A DNA stretch of 64,000 nucleotides from the NCBI GenBank assembly GCA_036517395.1, contig DATDWN010000010.1:33922-97921 (forward strand), read 5' to 3'. The notes below the pieces were generated by a model. That model saw nothing but the letters and a program-made list of their open reading frames with translations, searched no databases and was not told the DNA's origin. How positions within the stretch are numbered: the stretch's first letter is position 1; each line of letters begins with the position of its first letter. The stretch comes from Minisyncoccota bacterium. GTDB taxonomy: Bacteria; Patescibacteriota; Minisyncoccia; Phycocordibacterales; DATDWN01. This document shows, piece by piece, positions 1 to 8,437 of the stretch. Made by a program: the position numbers and the translations under genes.

Positions 1-34
1 AGGACTCGATAGACCTACAAATAGGCTGAATTTT

Positions 35-400
35 GTGTTAGGATGTGGAAATATGAGAGATATAAAAGCTTTAACAAAAAGGATAATAGATTTTCGCAAT
101 GCTCGAGACTGGAAGCAATTTCATAACCCAAAGGATTTGGCCTTGTCGCTTGTACTTGAAGCTACTGAGGTCATGGAACATTTTCAATGGAAAAGTAAGG
201 AGGAGATGGAAAAATACATAATAACGAATAAATCTGATATCGGAGAGGAATTAGCTGATGTTTTGTACTGGGTTCTTTTAATGAGTAACGATCTAAAAAT
301 AGATGTGTTAGAGGCGCTAGAGAAAAAAATTAAAATAAATGAAGACAAATATCCTGTAGCCAAAGCAAAGGGCAAGCACACGAAATACAACAAACTATAA
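35..400 (+). CDS. MazG-like nucleoside triphosphate pyrophosphohydrolase (all-alpha NTP-PPase)
   Basis: 121 aa. EATE/ELADV acidic helix motifs typical of the MazG/dCTPase family (LEATEVMEHF...EELADVLYWVL). Confidence 0.7.
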   Translation: MLGCGNMRDIKALTKRIIDFRNARDWKQFHNPKDLALSLVLEATEVMEHFQWKSKEEMEKYIITNKSDIGEELADVLYWVLLMSNDLKIDVLEALEKKIKINEDKYPVAKAKGKHTKYNKL

Positions 401-403
401 ATT

Positions 404-2716
404 ATGATAGTCTATCAATCAACAAAAGAAGTCTTTTTGAAAGATGTTTCTGGTGGATGTATTGAGGATATTATTCGTGAATCTGTAAAGCAAAAACTAA
501 ATAAAAATGTCGGAAACAATGAGTACATTTCGTGGAAAAATTCGCTTGGATCGATGTATCATGTTATCGATAATGAGCTTATTCCGAAAGATTCTGGGAT
601 AGCTATTGAGTATTCAATACCAAGAACAAAAAATAGAATAGACTTTATCATAACTGGCCAGGATGATAATAATAATGACAAGGTAATTATCATTGAGTTA
701 AAACAATGGACCGATATTCAACTTACTGAAAAAGATGCTGTGGTTCTAACTCGCTTCCAGCAAGGACTCAGTGAGGAACTTCATCCATCATATCAAGCGT
801 GGTCTTACTCGTCTCTATTGTTGGGGTTTAATGCGACAGTTTACAATGAAAATATTGGATTAGAGCCATGTGCCTACCTACACAATTATATTAGTGATGA
901 TGTGCTGAAAAATTCTTTTTACGATGACTATTTAAAAAAAGCACCAGTTTTTTGTAAAGGAGAAAAAAAGAAACTTCAGGATTTTATTACAAAGTTTATA
1001 AAACATGGAGACAAGACTAATATAATGTATCGCATTGATAATGGTGAAATCCGTCCATCTAAAAACCTCGCAGATAGTATGGCCTTGATGATTAAGGGTA
1101 ATCAGGAGTTTATAATGATAGATGACCAAAAAATTGTGTATGAAACTGCACTATCTTTTGCAAGAAAATCTAGCAGTTACAATAAAAATGTTTTAATCGT
1201 GGAAGGAGGCCCTGGTACTGGTAAGTCTGTTGTGGCTGTTAATTTGATTGTTGCTATAACCAAACTTGGTTTAAATACTCAATATGTAACTAAAAATGCA
1301 GCTCCTCGTGCCGTATTCGAAAGTAAACTAACAGGAACACTAAAAAAAACACAAATCTCAAATATGTTCACGGGCTCTGGTTCTTATATAGATTGTGAAC
1401 AAAATGTTTTTGATTGTCTTATTGTGGATGAGGCTCACAGACTCAACGAAAAGTCTGGTATGTTTAAAAATCTTGGTGAAAATCAAATAAAAGAAATAAT
1501 AGAGGCTTCAAAATCTTCAGTATTTTTTATTGATGAAGATCAGAAGGTGACATGGCATGACATTGGGAAAAAAGACGAAATTGAAAAATGGGCGAATAAA
1601 ATTGGCGCAAAAGTCCAAAATCTTAAACTCGAATCACAGTTTCGTTGCAATGGTTCTGACGGGTATTTGTCCTGGCTTGATAACATTCTTGGTGTAGAAG
1701 ATACTGCTAACAGTACATTAGATGGCATAGAATATGATTTTAAAGTCGTTGATTCTCCGAATGAATTGAGAGATTTAATTTTTGAAAAAAATAAGATAAA
1801 CAATAAAGCCCGACTTGTCGCGGGGTATTGTTGGGATTGGGTTAGTAAAAAGGACAAGAGTTTAAGTGACATTCTTATTCCAGAATATGATTTTGGCATG
1901 AAATGGAATCTCGCTAGTGATGGAAATATTTGGATTATCTCACCGAAATCTGTAAATGAAGTTGGGTGTATTCATACATGCCAAGGTCTTGAAGTTGATT
2001 ATGTGGGGGTGATAGTTGGAGATGATTTTATTGTGCGAAATGAAAAGGTGATTACTAACCCAAATAACCGTGCAAAGACCGACGCTTCATTGAAAGGATA
2101 TCGAAAAGAATTAAAAGAAAATCCAGAAGCTGCAATTAAGAAAGCTAATGCAATTATCAAAAATACTTATCGCACTCTTATGACGAGAGGCATGAAAGGA
2201 TGTTATGTATATTTTACGGACAAAGAAACAGAAAAATATTTTAAGAACAGAATCAAAACAACACTTTCTACTGATAAATATGTGACGAAAAAAATTGTGT
2301 CGCCATTTGTCTCAGATTTTGAAATGATTAGCTTACCAATGTTTGAATCTGTCGGATGTGGAGAATTGTTATACGCAGATCCAACCGTTCAAGAAATGAT
2401 CTTAGTAAGAAAAGATTACATGTCAGGAGGTTCAAAGTATTTTGTTTTAAAAACTTCTGGTGATTCTATGAATAAAGCTGGTATAAACGATGGAGATTTA
2501 GTTTTATGTAGAAAAGATTATCATCCAGATGAAGGTAACAAAGTAGTAGCCCTCATAGGAGAAGATGCTACGATAAAGGAGTATCACAGAGAAAATGGTT
2601 ATGTTGTTTTAAAACCATGTTCGACTAACCCAACTCACAAACCATTGAAGTTTACAAACAATGAAGAAATGAATGTACAAGGTGTGGTAATTAGGGTTAT
2701 AGAAGAAAACGAGTGA
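404..2716 (+). CDS. Multidomain protein: N-terminal PD-(D/E)xK-like nuclease motif, DUF2075-type P-loop ATPase/helicase, C-terminal S24 (LexA/UmuD-like) peptidase domain
   Basis: E..IDFII..IIELKQW (E-D-ExK). Walker A GGPGTGKS and Walker B LIVDEAHRL. QFRC motif typical of DUF2075. C-terminus has a VGCGE putative Cys-Gly cleavage site, then the GDSM serine and a conserved Lys (TIKEY) of S24 peptidases. Confidence 0.65.
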   Translation: MIVYQSTKEVFLKDVSGGCIEDIIRESVKQKLNKNVGNNEYISWKNSLGSMYHVIDNELIPKDSGIAIEYSIPRTKNRIDFIITGQDDNNNDKVIIIELKQWTDIQLTEKDAVVLTRFQQGLSEELHPSYQAWSYSSLLLGFNATVYNENIGLEPCAYLHNYISDDVLKNSFYDDYLKKAPVFCKGEKKKLQDFITKFIKHGDKTNIMYRIDNGEIRPSKNLADSMALMIKGNQEFIMIDDQKIVYETALSFARKSSSYNKNVLIVEGGPGTGKSVVAVNLIVAITKLGLNTQYVTKNAAPRAVFESKLTGTLKKTQISNMFTGSGSYIDCEQNVFDCLIVDEAHRLNEKSGMFKNLGENQIKEIIEASKSSVFFIDEDQKVTWHDIGKKDEIEKWANKIGAKVQNLKLESQFRCNGSDGYLSWLDNILGVEDTANSTLDGIEYDFKVVDSPNELRDLIFEKNKINNKARLVAGYCWDWVSKKDKSLSDILIPEYDFGMKWNLASDGNIWIISPKSVNEVGCIHTCQGLEVDYVGVIVGDDFIVRNEKVITNPNNRAKTDASLKGYRKELKENPEAAIKKANAIIKNTYRTLMTRGMKGCYVYFTDKETEKYFKNRIKTTLSTDKYVTKKIVSPFVSDFEMISLPMFESVGCGELLYADPTVQEMILVRKDYMSGGSKYFVLKTSGDSMNKAGINDGDLVLCRKDYHPDEGNKVVALIGEDATIKEYHRENGYVVLKPCSTNPTHKPLKFTNNEEMNVQGVVIRVIEENE

Positions 2717-2768
2717 TTTTTTAAAAGAAAACAAAAGAAACTTTGCAACACGAAAAAGAATAAAATTT

Positions 2769-3299
2769 ATGGATTTACCATCAATAAAATTTAGATATTA
2801 TGAAAAACTTAAATTGTGGCATGATTATTTGTCACCGAATAGTATTTTTGAGACCAAAAAAATTGAATATTGGAAGCATGAAAAGATAATACTTTTGTGG
2901 GCATACTCAGGTGAACACCAGCATCTCTATTCGTATTTTGATAGTAATAGGATTCGTGAAATATATGGCATTGGCAAGAACAATCCAGAAATCTCGATTG
3001 ATAAAGAATTGGTTGAAGATTTTAAGAAGGATTACAATGATAGAGTGTACTACTTAACAGGAAATCTAGTTATAAAAGGTTTTGCTGAGACAATCATTGA
3101 AAATCCTGGCGGATATCCAGAAAAAATTAGAATAACCCCAAAGGGCTTATTGCTTGGCGAAATTATTTCAGAATCAAAATCTAACAATTTTTTAAAAAAG
3201 AATTCTATGCAATACAGAATAGGGTACTACCTTCTGGTAGGTATCATAATTTTCTCTATACTACTAATCGTCATGACTGTTTTTAATCAAGTTGTCTAA
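2769..3299 (+). CDS. Hypothetical protein with C-terminal transmembrane anchor
   Basis: 176-aa ORF with a C-terminal hydrophobic helix (YYLLVGIIIFSILLIVMTVF). No recognisable motif. Confidence 0.4.
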   Translation: MDLPSIKFRYYEKLKLWHDYLSPNSIFETKKIEYWKHEKIILLWAYSGEHQHLYSYFDSNRIREIYGIGKNNPEISIDKELVEDFKKDYNDRVYYLTGNLVIKGFAETIIENPGGYPEKIRITPKGLLLGEIISESKSNNFLKKNSMQYRIGYYLLVGIIIFSILLIVMTVFNQVV

Positions 3300-3313
3300 T
3301 TTATAGAAAAAAT

Positions 3314-3907
3314 ATGGAAATTATGCATATTGTATTCAATTTCGTTAAAAAATATTGGGTTGTGATTGTAGGGATGGTTGTGATTATGGCTGTGACGGGT
3401 GGGATAGAAGCATGGTCGGGGCGAGCGCTTCTTGGTCCTGATGGTCTGTTTGGCTGGTGGGATGGGAATATTTGGGGTAGTGAAAACTCTCAGCGCGTAG
3501 CGGACGCGTATTCTTTTTCGCATATTATTCACGGGATGATTTTCTACTGGTTCCTGTGGCTAGTGGCGAGAAAGGTTCCGGTGAAATACAGGTTTATAAT
3601 GGCTCTGGTTTTAGAGGCGGCATGGGAGCTTTTGGAAAATTCTCCTATCATCATCGACCGCTATCGTGCGGCGACAATCGCTCAAGGTTATGTTGGCGAC
3701 AGCGTGCTGAACTCTGTTTCGGATGTTCTCATGGCTGGGATAGGATTTGTTATCGCAAGGTATTCTCGCGTTTGGGCGACGGTGGTGCTGATTGTCATGA
3801 TGGAACTCGGATGTCTTTTCTGGATTCGGGACAATCTGACACTAAATGTAGTTATGCTAGTTTACCCCATAGAATCTCTCAAAGTCTGGCAATCCGAAGG
3901 GTATTAA
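3314..3907 (+). CDS. Integral membrane protein (DUF2585/UPF0314-like)
   Basis: Multiple transmembrane helices and an SFSHIIHG motif. GC content is moderately above the surroundings. Confidence 0.45.
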   Translation: MEIMHIVFNFVKKYWVVIVGMVVIMAVTGGIEAWSGRALLGPDGLFGWWDGNIWGSENSQRVADAYSFSHIIHGMIFYWFLWLVARKVPVKYRFIMALVLEAAWELLENSPIIIDRYRAATIAQGYVGDSVLNSVSDVLMAGIGFVIARYSRVWATVVLIVMMELGCLFWIRDNLTLNVVMLVYPIESLKVWQSEGY

Positions 3908-3940
3908 AATCCATAAGTTAATTAGATAATTATAAAATAA

Positions 3941-3986
3941 AACAATGACATTCCTACATTCTCAAGAATGTCGGAATGTCATTGTT
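3941..3986. repeat. 46-bp near-perfect palindrome aacaatgacattcctacattct-ca-agaatgtcggaatgtcattgtt (copy 1)
   Basis: 22-bp arms with one mismatch. Lies 19 bp upstream of the ArsR-like gene. Confidence 0.8.
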
Positions 3987-4004
3987 TGTAATGTAGTTTA
4001 AAGT

Positions 4005-4298
4005 TTGTGTTATTATAAAAGTATGAAAACCGCCAAGCAGTGCGAGAGATATTTCAAAGGGGCGGCTAATCATTGTCGGATAGATATTTTAGTTTTGGTT
4101 TCTAAAAACCCCGATATGACTGTGGAGGGTATCGCTGACACTTTGGGTAAAAATATTAAAACTGTTTCCGAACATACCAGACGACTGGTCCATGCGGGTC
4201 TTCTGAATAAAAAATATCAAGGAAGACATGTTATACACTCCCTTTCGCCATATGGAAAAAGATTTGTTCCGTTTATAAAATCATTCCTACATTCTTGA
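4005..4298 (+). CDS. ArsR-like winged-helix transcriptional regulator
   Basis: HTH pattern (VEGIADTLGKNIKTVSEHTRRLVHAGLL) with a winged-helix region following. The stop codon lies inside palindrome copy 2. Confidence 0.5.
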   Translation: MCYYKSMKTAKQCERYFKGAANHCRIDILVLVSKNPDMTVEGIADTLGKNIKTVSEHTRRLVHAGLLNKKYQGRHVIHSLSPYGKRFVPFIKSFLHS

Positions 4299-4312
4299 GA
4301 ATGTCGGAATGA
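4281..4312. repeat. 32-bp palindrome tcattcctacattct-tg-agaatgtcggaatga (copy 2 of the 3941 palindrome core)
   Basis: Same core as the 3941..3986 palindrome. Overlaps the ArsR-like stop and lies upstream of the 4345 gene. Confidence 0.8.
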
Positions 4313-4344
4313 TTATTATAATCTAAAAAATTAATCCAAAACCG

Positions 4345-4851
4345 ATGAAAGCAAAACTAGATCAACAACAAAACAACAACTCATCTCTTCAGCCAATTTT
4401 GTTTACTAGAGAGCAATACAAGGAACTGTTTCGAGCCATTAGCATATACGCTTTGATAAAACAGTCCTCAGCCATGCCCTATCTAGATCCGACTGGTTTA
4501 GGTGACTATATTATGCAACAGGGAGAAAAATTTGGTTTTGGCAAAGTGAAAGAAAATGAAGCCGATTGGTTTGATGAAGTGGAGGAGGAAGTTTTTGAGA
4601 ACATTTTCAATTACGCCCAAGGAGAGATGTTTCATCATTTAGCTCATATGCTCGCGGACAGAGATATCAGCATGGAGATTGAAGATGGAACTGGACTTTC
4701 AGAAGATGAATTGCCGTCCAGTATGTTTATGGATGCTGTGGCCAAGAGGGTGGATATGTATCTAAAAGAATTTGAAAAAAACGGAATTGATAATATAAAG
4801 GTCTTATGTAAGGATGCTGATAAATCTAGTCTAAATATTCGGCCCAAATAA
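4345..4851 (+). CDS. Hypothetical protein
   Basis: 168-aa ORF with no recognisable motif. Confidence 0.4.
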   Translation: MKAKLDQQQNNNSSLQPILFTREQYKELFRAISIYALIKQSSAMPYLDPTGLGDYIMQQGEKFGFGKVKENEADWFDEVEEEVFENIFNYAQGEMFHHLAHMLADRDISMEIEDGTGLSEDELPSSMFMDAVAKRVDMYLKEFEKNGIDNIKVLCKDADKSSLNIRPK

Positions 4852-4910
4852 AATTTTAGATAATTTTAGATAATTGGATAAATAAGGCTGTGGTGGTAAA
4901 GTTATAGGAT

Positions 4911-5465
4911 ATGGGAATAGAAGAAAGATACATTAATCATTTGGATGCTGGGTCGGGCGGGGATATGGGGCTTGAGGGGCAGGGTTTTCCAGCTGAGGAA
5001 GTGGTTGTTAATTTTTTCAATGCCAGTGGTTTTGATGCGCGTTTTTCCACAGCAACTGAGGATGAGGGGACAACTGATATTGGACCGAAACAGATAATAG
5101 ATGCGGTGGTTTATTATGATGGCAAACCAGCCATGGCTCCGCAAATTACTACTAGCACTATTAAAAGTTTCAGAGAGAAAAAATTAGACGAACTGCGTCA
5201 GAGACCATTTCTGCGTTTGGACGAAATGGGTCCGAGTGACCCGGCAATCCCAAAAGTTCTTATTTATTTGAAGGCGAAAGATGTCAAAGCTTTTGGAGAG
5301 GATCCTGATTTTAGCCGCCATCCAGAAATCGCGCTTCAGATTCTTAACAGTAGTATTATCAGTTTGAATTTTGATTTGAGTAAAACCGAAAACCCGCTGG
5401 AGCAAAAAGCTATCACGGAATTGGTAGGAATGCTTGAGACTGAGAAAAAGAAGTACATTCACTAG
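4911..5465 (+). CDS. Hypothetical protein
   Basis: 184-aa ORF with no recognisable motif. Confidence 0.4.
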   Translation: MGIEERYINHLDAGSGGDMGLEGQGFPAEEVVVNFFNASGFDARFSTATEDEGTTDIGPKQIIDAVVYYDGKPAMAPQITTSTIKSFREKKLDELRQRPFLRLDEMGPSDPAIPKVLIYLKAKDVKAFGEDPDFSRHPEIALQILNSSIISLNFDLSKTENPLEQKAITELVGMLETEKKKYIH

Positions 5466-5529
5466 CAGTTTTCAAATTTCAAAACAGTTTTCATTTTTTA
5501 TCGTATATGCTATTCTACGGGCAGATGTT

Positions 5530-5900
5530 CTAGCCCCAACTAACCAAAGTCAGCCCACCGAAGGAGGTGATTGCCGTGGGTGGACATGTGCGCGGTGAAC
5601 TCGCTGAGACTGCAGCCGCTCTATTGCGACTAAGTCTCACTGACTCGACAGTGGTGATCAAGGCGTTCATTGAGGATGGGTACTTCCACCTCGAGGAACT
5701 CCAGGGTCGCGCGACCTGCAACCCCCTGCAGGTGAACAGTCTGGCGCAACGAATCGATAGGGCTGAAAGTCTTCTCGTGACCAAGGCCAAACAGAAAGCG
5801 GGGTTGCTCGCTCGGCGGGAGGTGAGTCGATGAGGTGTCGTTGGGGAGAGTGCTCGTGTTTGCGTGGCCTAGGTCACAAAAGCACGAGCACTTTTCCATT
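5530..5900. other. GC-rich (about 58% GC) 370-nt segment without a consistent ORF; candidate structured RNA or foreign non-coding leader. Ends in a hairpin agtgctcgtg...cacgagcact followed by TTTT.
   Basis: Sharp compositional jump. Overlapping short ORFs on both strands. Terminal stem-loop at about 5850..5897. Confidence 0.3.
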
Positions 5901-5941
5901 TATAGTGACAACATGTCTAATTGTATAAGTCAATATTTCAT

Positions 5942-5970
5942 TTGACATAAACAATAGAGTGTGATAGAAT
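5942..5970 (+). promoter_or_regulatory. Sigma-70-type promoter TTGACA-17-TAGAAT
   Basis: Exact -35 hexamer with 17-bp spacer. SD AGGAGAAGG at 6033..6040 precedes the ATG at 6042. Confidence 0.5.
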
Positions 5971-6041
5971 ATTCAACAGATTGCGAAATACGGCTCATTT
6001 CATGGAGAAATGGGGTATTTCGCGAGTTTTTAGGAGAAGGT

Positions 6042-6938
6042 ATGAAAACACTCCGGTTCGTCGTAGTTTTTCTGATCGCGATTCTCATCTCGGTTTCGTC
6101 GACGTTCGCGCAGTCGGTTCCGACGGCGCCCACGGGGACGTCGCAGCCGGGCATCATTTCGCCAGTTGCGATGGACATCATCTCGATCAAGCCGACGGGG
6201 ATTCAGGGACGTGTCCAGGATTACTGGGGCAACCCGATTCCCGGCGCGTCCCTCGTCGTGTCGATCGTGCGACCCGATGGACAGAGTGGACAGCCATTCG
6301 CCGACCATGCGACCGCCAAGAAATTCGGGCCGTGCGAGTCGGGCAAGACGACGGACTGCGTTCGGAAAGATGGGAACTACAGCATCCCGAACTCGTCTCT
6401 CCCACAGTCGGACAACAAGTACGACGCGTGGCGGACTATCGACCTACGTGGCGAGGCCAAGGGTTTTGTCCATCACCTGGCTAACCCTGTTCAGATCAGT
6501 CTGGACGGGACCTCAAACCAGCAGGTGCAGGCGGTCCAGATGTACGAGAGTGGCTTCGCGACCAGTCAGGCCTATGCCTGGCGGGTGAACGACCGCGTGA
6601 CGGCCGTCGGGTTCTGGATGCGCCAGAACTGGACGGAGACCGTCTCCGTCAACTTCACCTTCAGGGGCTCGGCATGGACAGCGGTTCAAGCCGAGTATGG
6701 TATGACTCCGGTCTATGCCGAGGTTGGTCAAGGACCCCAAGGCAATGGTGTCTGGGTGGAGAGATGGTTCTGGACGCCTCAGAGCCCGACAGCACAGTTC
6801 GGCGGATCGTTCTGCGGGACGATCCAGATCAGCTCGGCCTACGAGGTCGAGCAGGTCAAAGCAGACCTGAAGGAGGTCTGCGTCAAGCTACCCAACGTCG
6901 CCGTAACAGGCGGTGGGGGTGGTGGAGGCAAGGGGTAA
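6042..6938 (+). CDS. Secreted protein with carboxypeptidase-regulatory-like (Cna-B-like) domain and C-terminal poly-Gly tail; GC-rich (about 60% GC)
   Basis: Signal peptide MKTLRFVVVFLIAILISVSSTFAQS. GRVQDYWGNPIPGASLVV motif. Ends GGGGGGGKG. The start is moved to the internal Met that carries a Shine-Dalgarno site. Confidence 0.6.
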   Translation: MKTLRFVVVFLIAILISVSSTFAQSVPTAPTGTSQPGIISPVAMDIISIKPTGIQGRVQDYWGNPIPGASLVVSIVRPDGQSGQPFADHATAKKFGPCESGKTTDCVRKDGNYSIPNSSLPQSDNKYDAWRTIDLRGEAKGFVHHLANPVQISLDGTSNQQVQAVQMYESGFATSQAYAWRVNDRVTAVGFWMRQNWTETVSVNFTFRGSAWTAVQAEYGMTPVYAEVGQGPQGNGVWVERWFWTPQSPTAQFGGSFCGTIQISSAYEVEQVKADLKEVCVKLPNVAVTGGGGGGGKG

Positions 6939-7001
6939 AGTAAATCCCGTGCCATGCTCATTCAAAGGCCGGTCCATCGCGGATCGGCCTTTTGTCATGC
7001 A

Positions 7002-7137
7002 TGTCCGCACACCAACTCTGGCATTGTGTCTTCCGTTGCTAATGTTGATAATTTAAGCGACAAATGTCAGTTGGTCATTGTTTGATTACACTATAATTTT
7101 GACACAGATGCAACGATGCCAGAGTTGGTGTGCGGAT
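7002..7137. mobile_element. MITE-like element (family 1, CCAAC variant) with about 21-bp terminal inverted repeats tccgcacaccaactctggcat
   Basis: Left end tccgcacaccaactctggcat; right end atgccagagttggtgtgcgga. Non-coding interior. Confidence 0.75.
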
Positions 7138-7159
7138 AAAGTTATCCACAGTTTCTTTA

Positions 7160-7195
7160 TTGACAGGTGAACCAGCGTTCACTAAACTGTATTTA
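7160..7195 (+). promoter_or_regulatory. Promoter TTGACA-17-TAAACT with embedded Cheo-type LexA box GAACCAGCGTTC (7169..7180)
   Basis: GAAC-N4-GTTC palindrome lying exactly in the spacer between -35 and -10, upstream of the lexA operon. Confidence 0.6.
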
Positions 7196-7218
7196 TATAA
7201 AAACTAACACAAAATAAA

Positions 7219-7419
7219 ATGTCCAAAAACAATTTAGAAAAAACATTGAGGAAGGAGTTAGAAGTTTTGAACGATGTGATAGATAGGAGAATATTGCGAG
7301 GCTTGTCATACAGTCGGGAGGCAAAGAGGCACAAGTTTGTTCTCTCTAACTTGTCGAGGATTAGACGAGAGTCGAGTGTTGGTAGTGGTTGGCTGTCGAG
7401 ATCGTTTTCAATAATTTAG
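7219..7419 (+). CDS. Small basic hypothetical protein (66 aa), first gene of lexA operon
   Basis: ORF between the LexA-box promoter and lexA. No homology recognised. Confidence 0.3.
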   Translation: MSKNNLEKTLRKELEVLNDVIDRRILRGLSYSREAKRHKFVLSNLSRIRRESSVGSGWLSRSFSII

Positions 7420-7441
7420 ATTTGAAAAATTTCATAAAAAC

Positions 7442-8026
7442 ATGTCAGAAGAAAAATACATAGTACAGAAAAATAAAATCACCTCTTTCTACCAGAAGCA
7501 TCGGCGCATGCCTGGGTATAAAGAAATCATGGATATGGTTGGGTTCAAATCGAAGAACGCCGTTTACAAACTTATAAACAAGCTGGTGGAGGATGAAGTG
7601 GTGGACAAAGATTCCAAAGGCAGACTTACTCCGATAAAAATATTTGGAGCGATACCGCTTCTCGGTCTTGTCGAGGCTGGGTTTCCGACAAGCGTGGATG
7701 AAGATAGATCGGAATCACTGAGCATAGACGAGTATCTGGTTGGTGGGAGCAAACAAGGCTCAACATATTTGCTGGAGGTAAAGGGGGATTCGATGATAGA
7801 TGAAGGGATAAGAGAAGGTGATCTGGTTCTGGCCGAGAGGCGAGGCGATCCGAAAGACGGCGATATAGTTATAGCCGAGGTTGATGGTGGTTGGACTATG
7901 AAATATTTCAAAAAAAAGGGCGATTTGATTTACCTAAAACCGGCGAATAAAAATTACTCACCTATATATCCGCAGTATGACCTAAAAGTTGCGGCGATTG
8001 TTAAGGGGGTGATAAGGAAATATTGA
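7442..8026 (+). CDS. lexA: LexA repressor (S24 peptidase family)
   Basis: N-terminal wHTH. VEAG Ala-Gly cleavage site, GDSM serine and downstream Lys. 194 aa. Confidence 0.85.
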   Translation: MSEEKYIVQKNKITSFYQKHRRMPGYKEIMDMVGFKSKNAVYKLINKLVEDEVVDKDSKGRLTPIKIFGAIPLLGLVEAGFPTSVDEDRSESLSIDEYLVGGSKQGSTYLLEVKGDSMIDEGIREGDLVLAERRGDPKDGDIVIAEVDGGWTMKYFKKKGDLIYLKPANKNYSPIYPQYDLKVAAIVKGVIRKY

Positions 8027-8433
8027 TGATAGATAATGAGAGCAAGGAATACGATGTATGGAACAGATTGAAGAAAAAGATTCAATCTGGTTCAGATATA
8101 CCCAATTTTTTTCCACAGGAGGGTGAAGTATGGATGTCTTCACTTGGTAAAAACATTGGATTTGAACAAAATGGAAGTGGGGCTAACTTTTCCAGGCCGA
8201 TATTAGTAGTTAAAAAGTTTAATAACCACATGTTTTGGTGTACTTCACTTTCAACTAAACAAAAAAAGTTTGATTTCTACTACAATTTTACAGATCCGAA
8301 TAGAGAAAAAGTTTCTGTTATCCTTGCTCAGTTAAAGTTGGTTAGTGTCAAAAGATTAAAAAGAAAGTTATATGATATTTCATCAGGTAATTTTACAGAA
8401 ATAAAATGCAAATTAAGAGGATTTTTGGAGTAA
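8023..8433 (+). CDS. MazF/PemK-family toxin-like protein (endoribonuclease fold)
   Basis: GEVWMS..GFEQNG..RPILVV..CTSLST..VILAQLKLVSVKRL pattern matches the MazF/PemK fold. The ATGA overlap with the lexA stop suggests translational coupling. Confidence 0.55.
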   Translation: MMIDNESKEYDVWNRLKKKIQSGSDIPNFFPQEGEVWMSSLGKNIGFEQNGSGANFSRPILVVKKFNNHMFWCTSLSTKQKKFDFYYNFTDPNREKVSVILAQLKLVSVKRLKRKLYDISSGNFTEIKCKLRGFLE

Positions 8434-8437
8434 TCGA

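Noticed and set aside
184-393. 69-aa ORF antisense to the MazG-like gene
   Set aside because: Fully embedded antisense in a well-supported CDS. Low-complexity composition (poly-Ser/Phe). Shadow ORF.
5530-5899. Three overlapping ORFs (5567..5833 on the plus strand, 5530..5790 and 5630..5899 on the minus strand) in the GC-rich stretch
   Set aside because: Mutually overlapping on both strands. Ala/Arg-rich translations typical of random GC-rich sequence. Kept only as a candidate RNA or non-coding region.
5981-6943. Arg/Pro-rich alternative-frame ORFs (5981..6484, 6166..6588, 6030..6308, 6674..6943) overlapping the secreted-protein gene
   Set aside because: Artefacts of high GC content. The frame starting at 6042 has a signal peptide, an SD and domain motifs.
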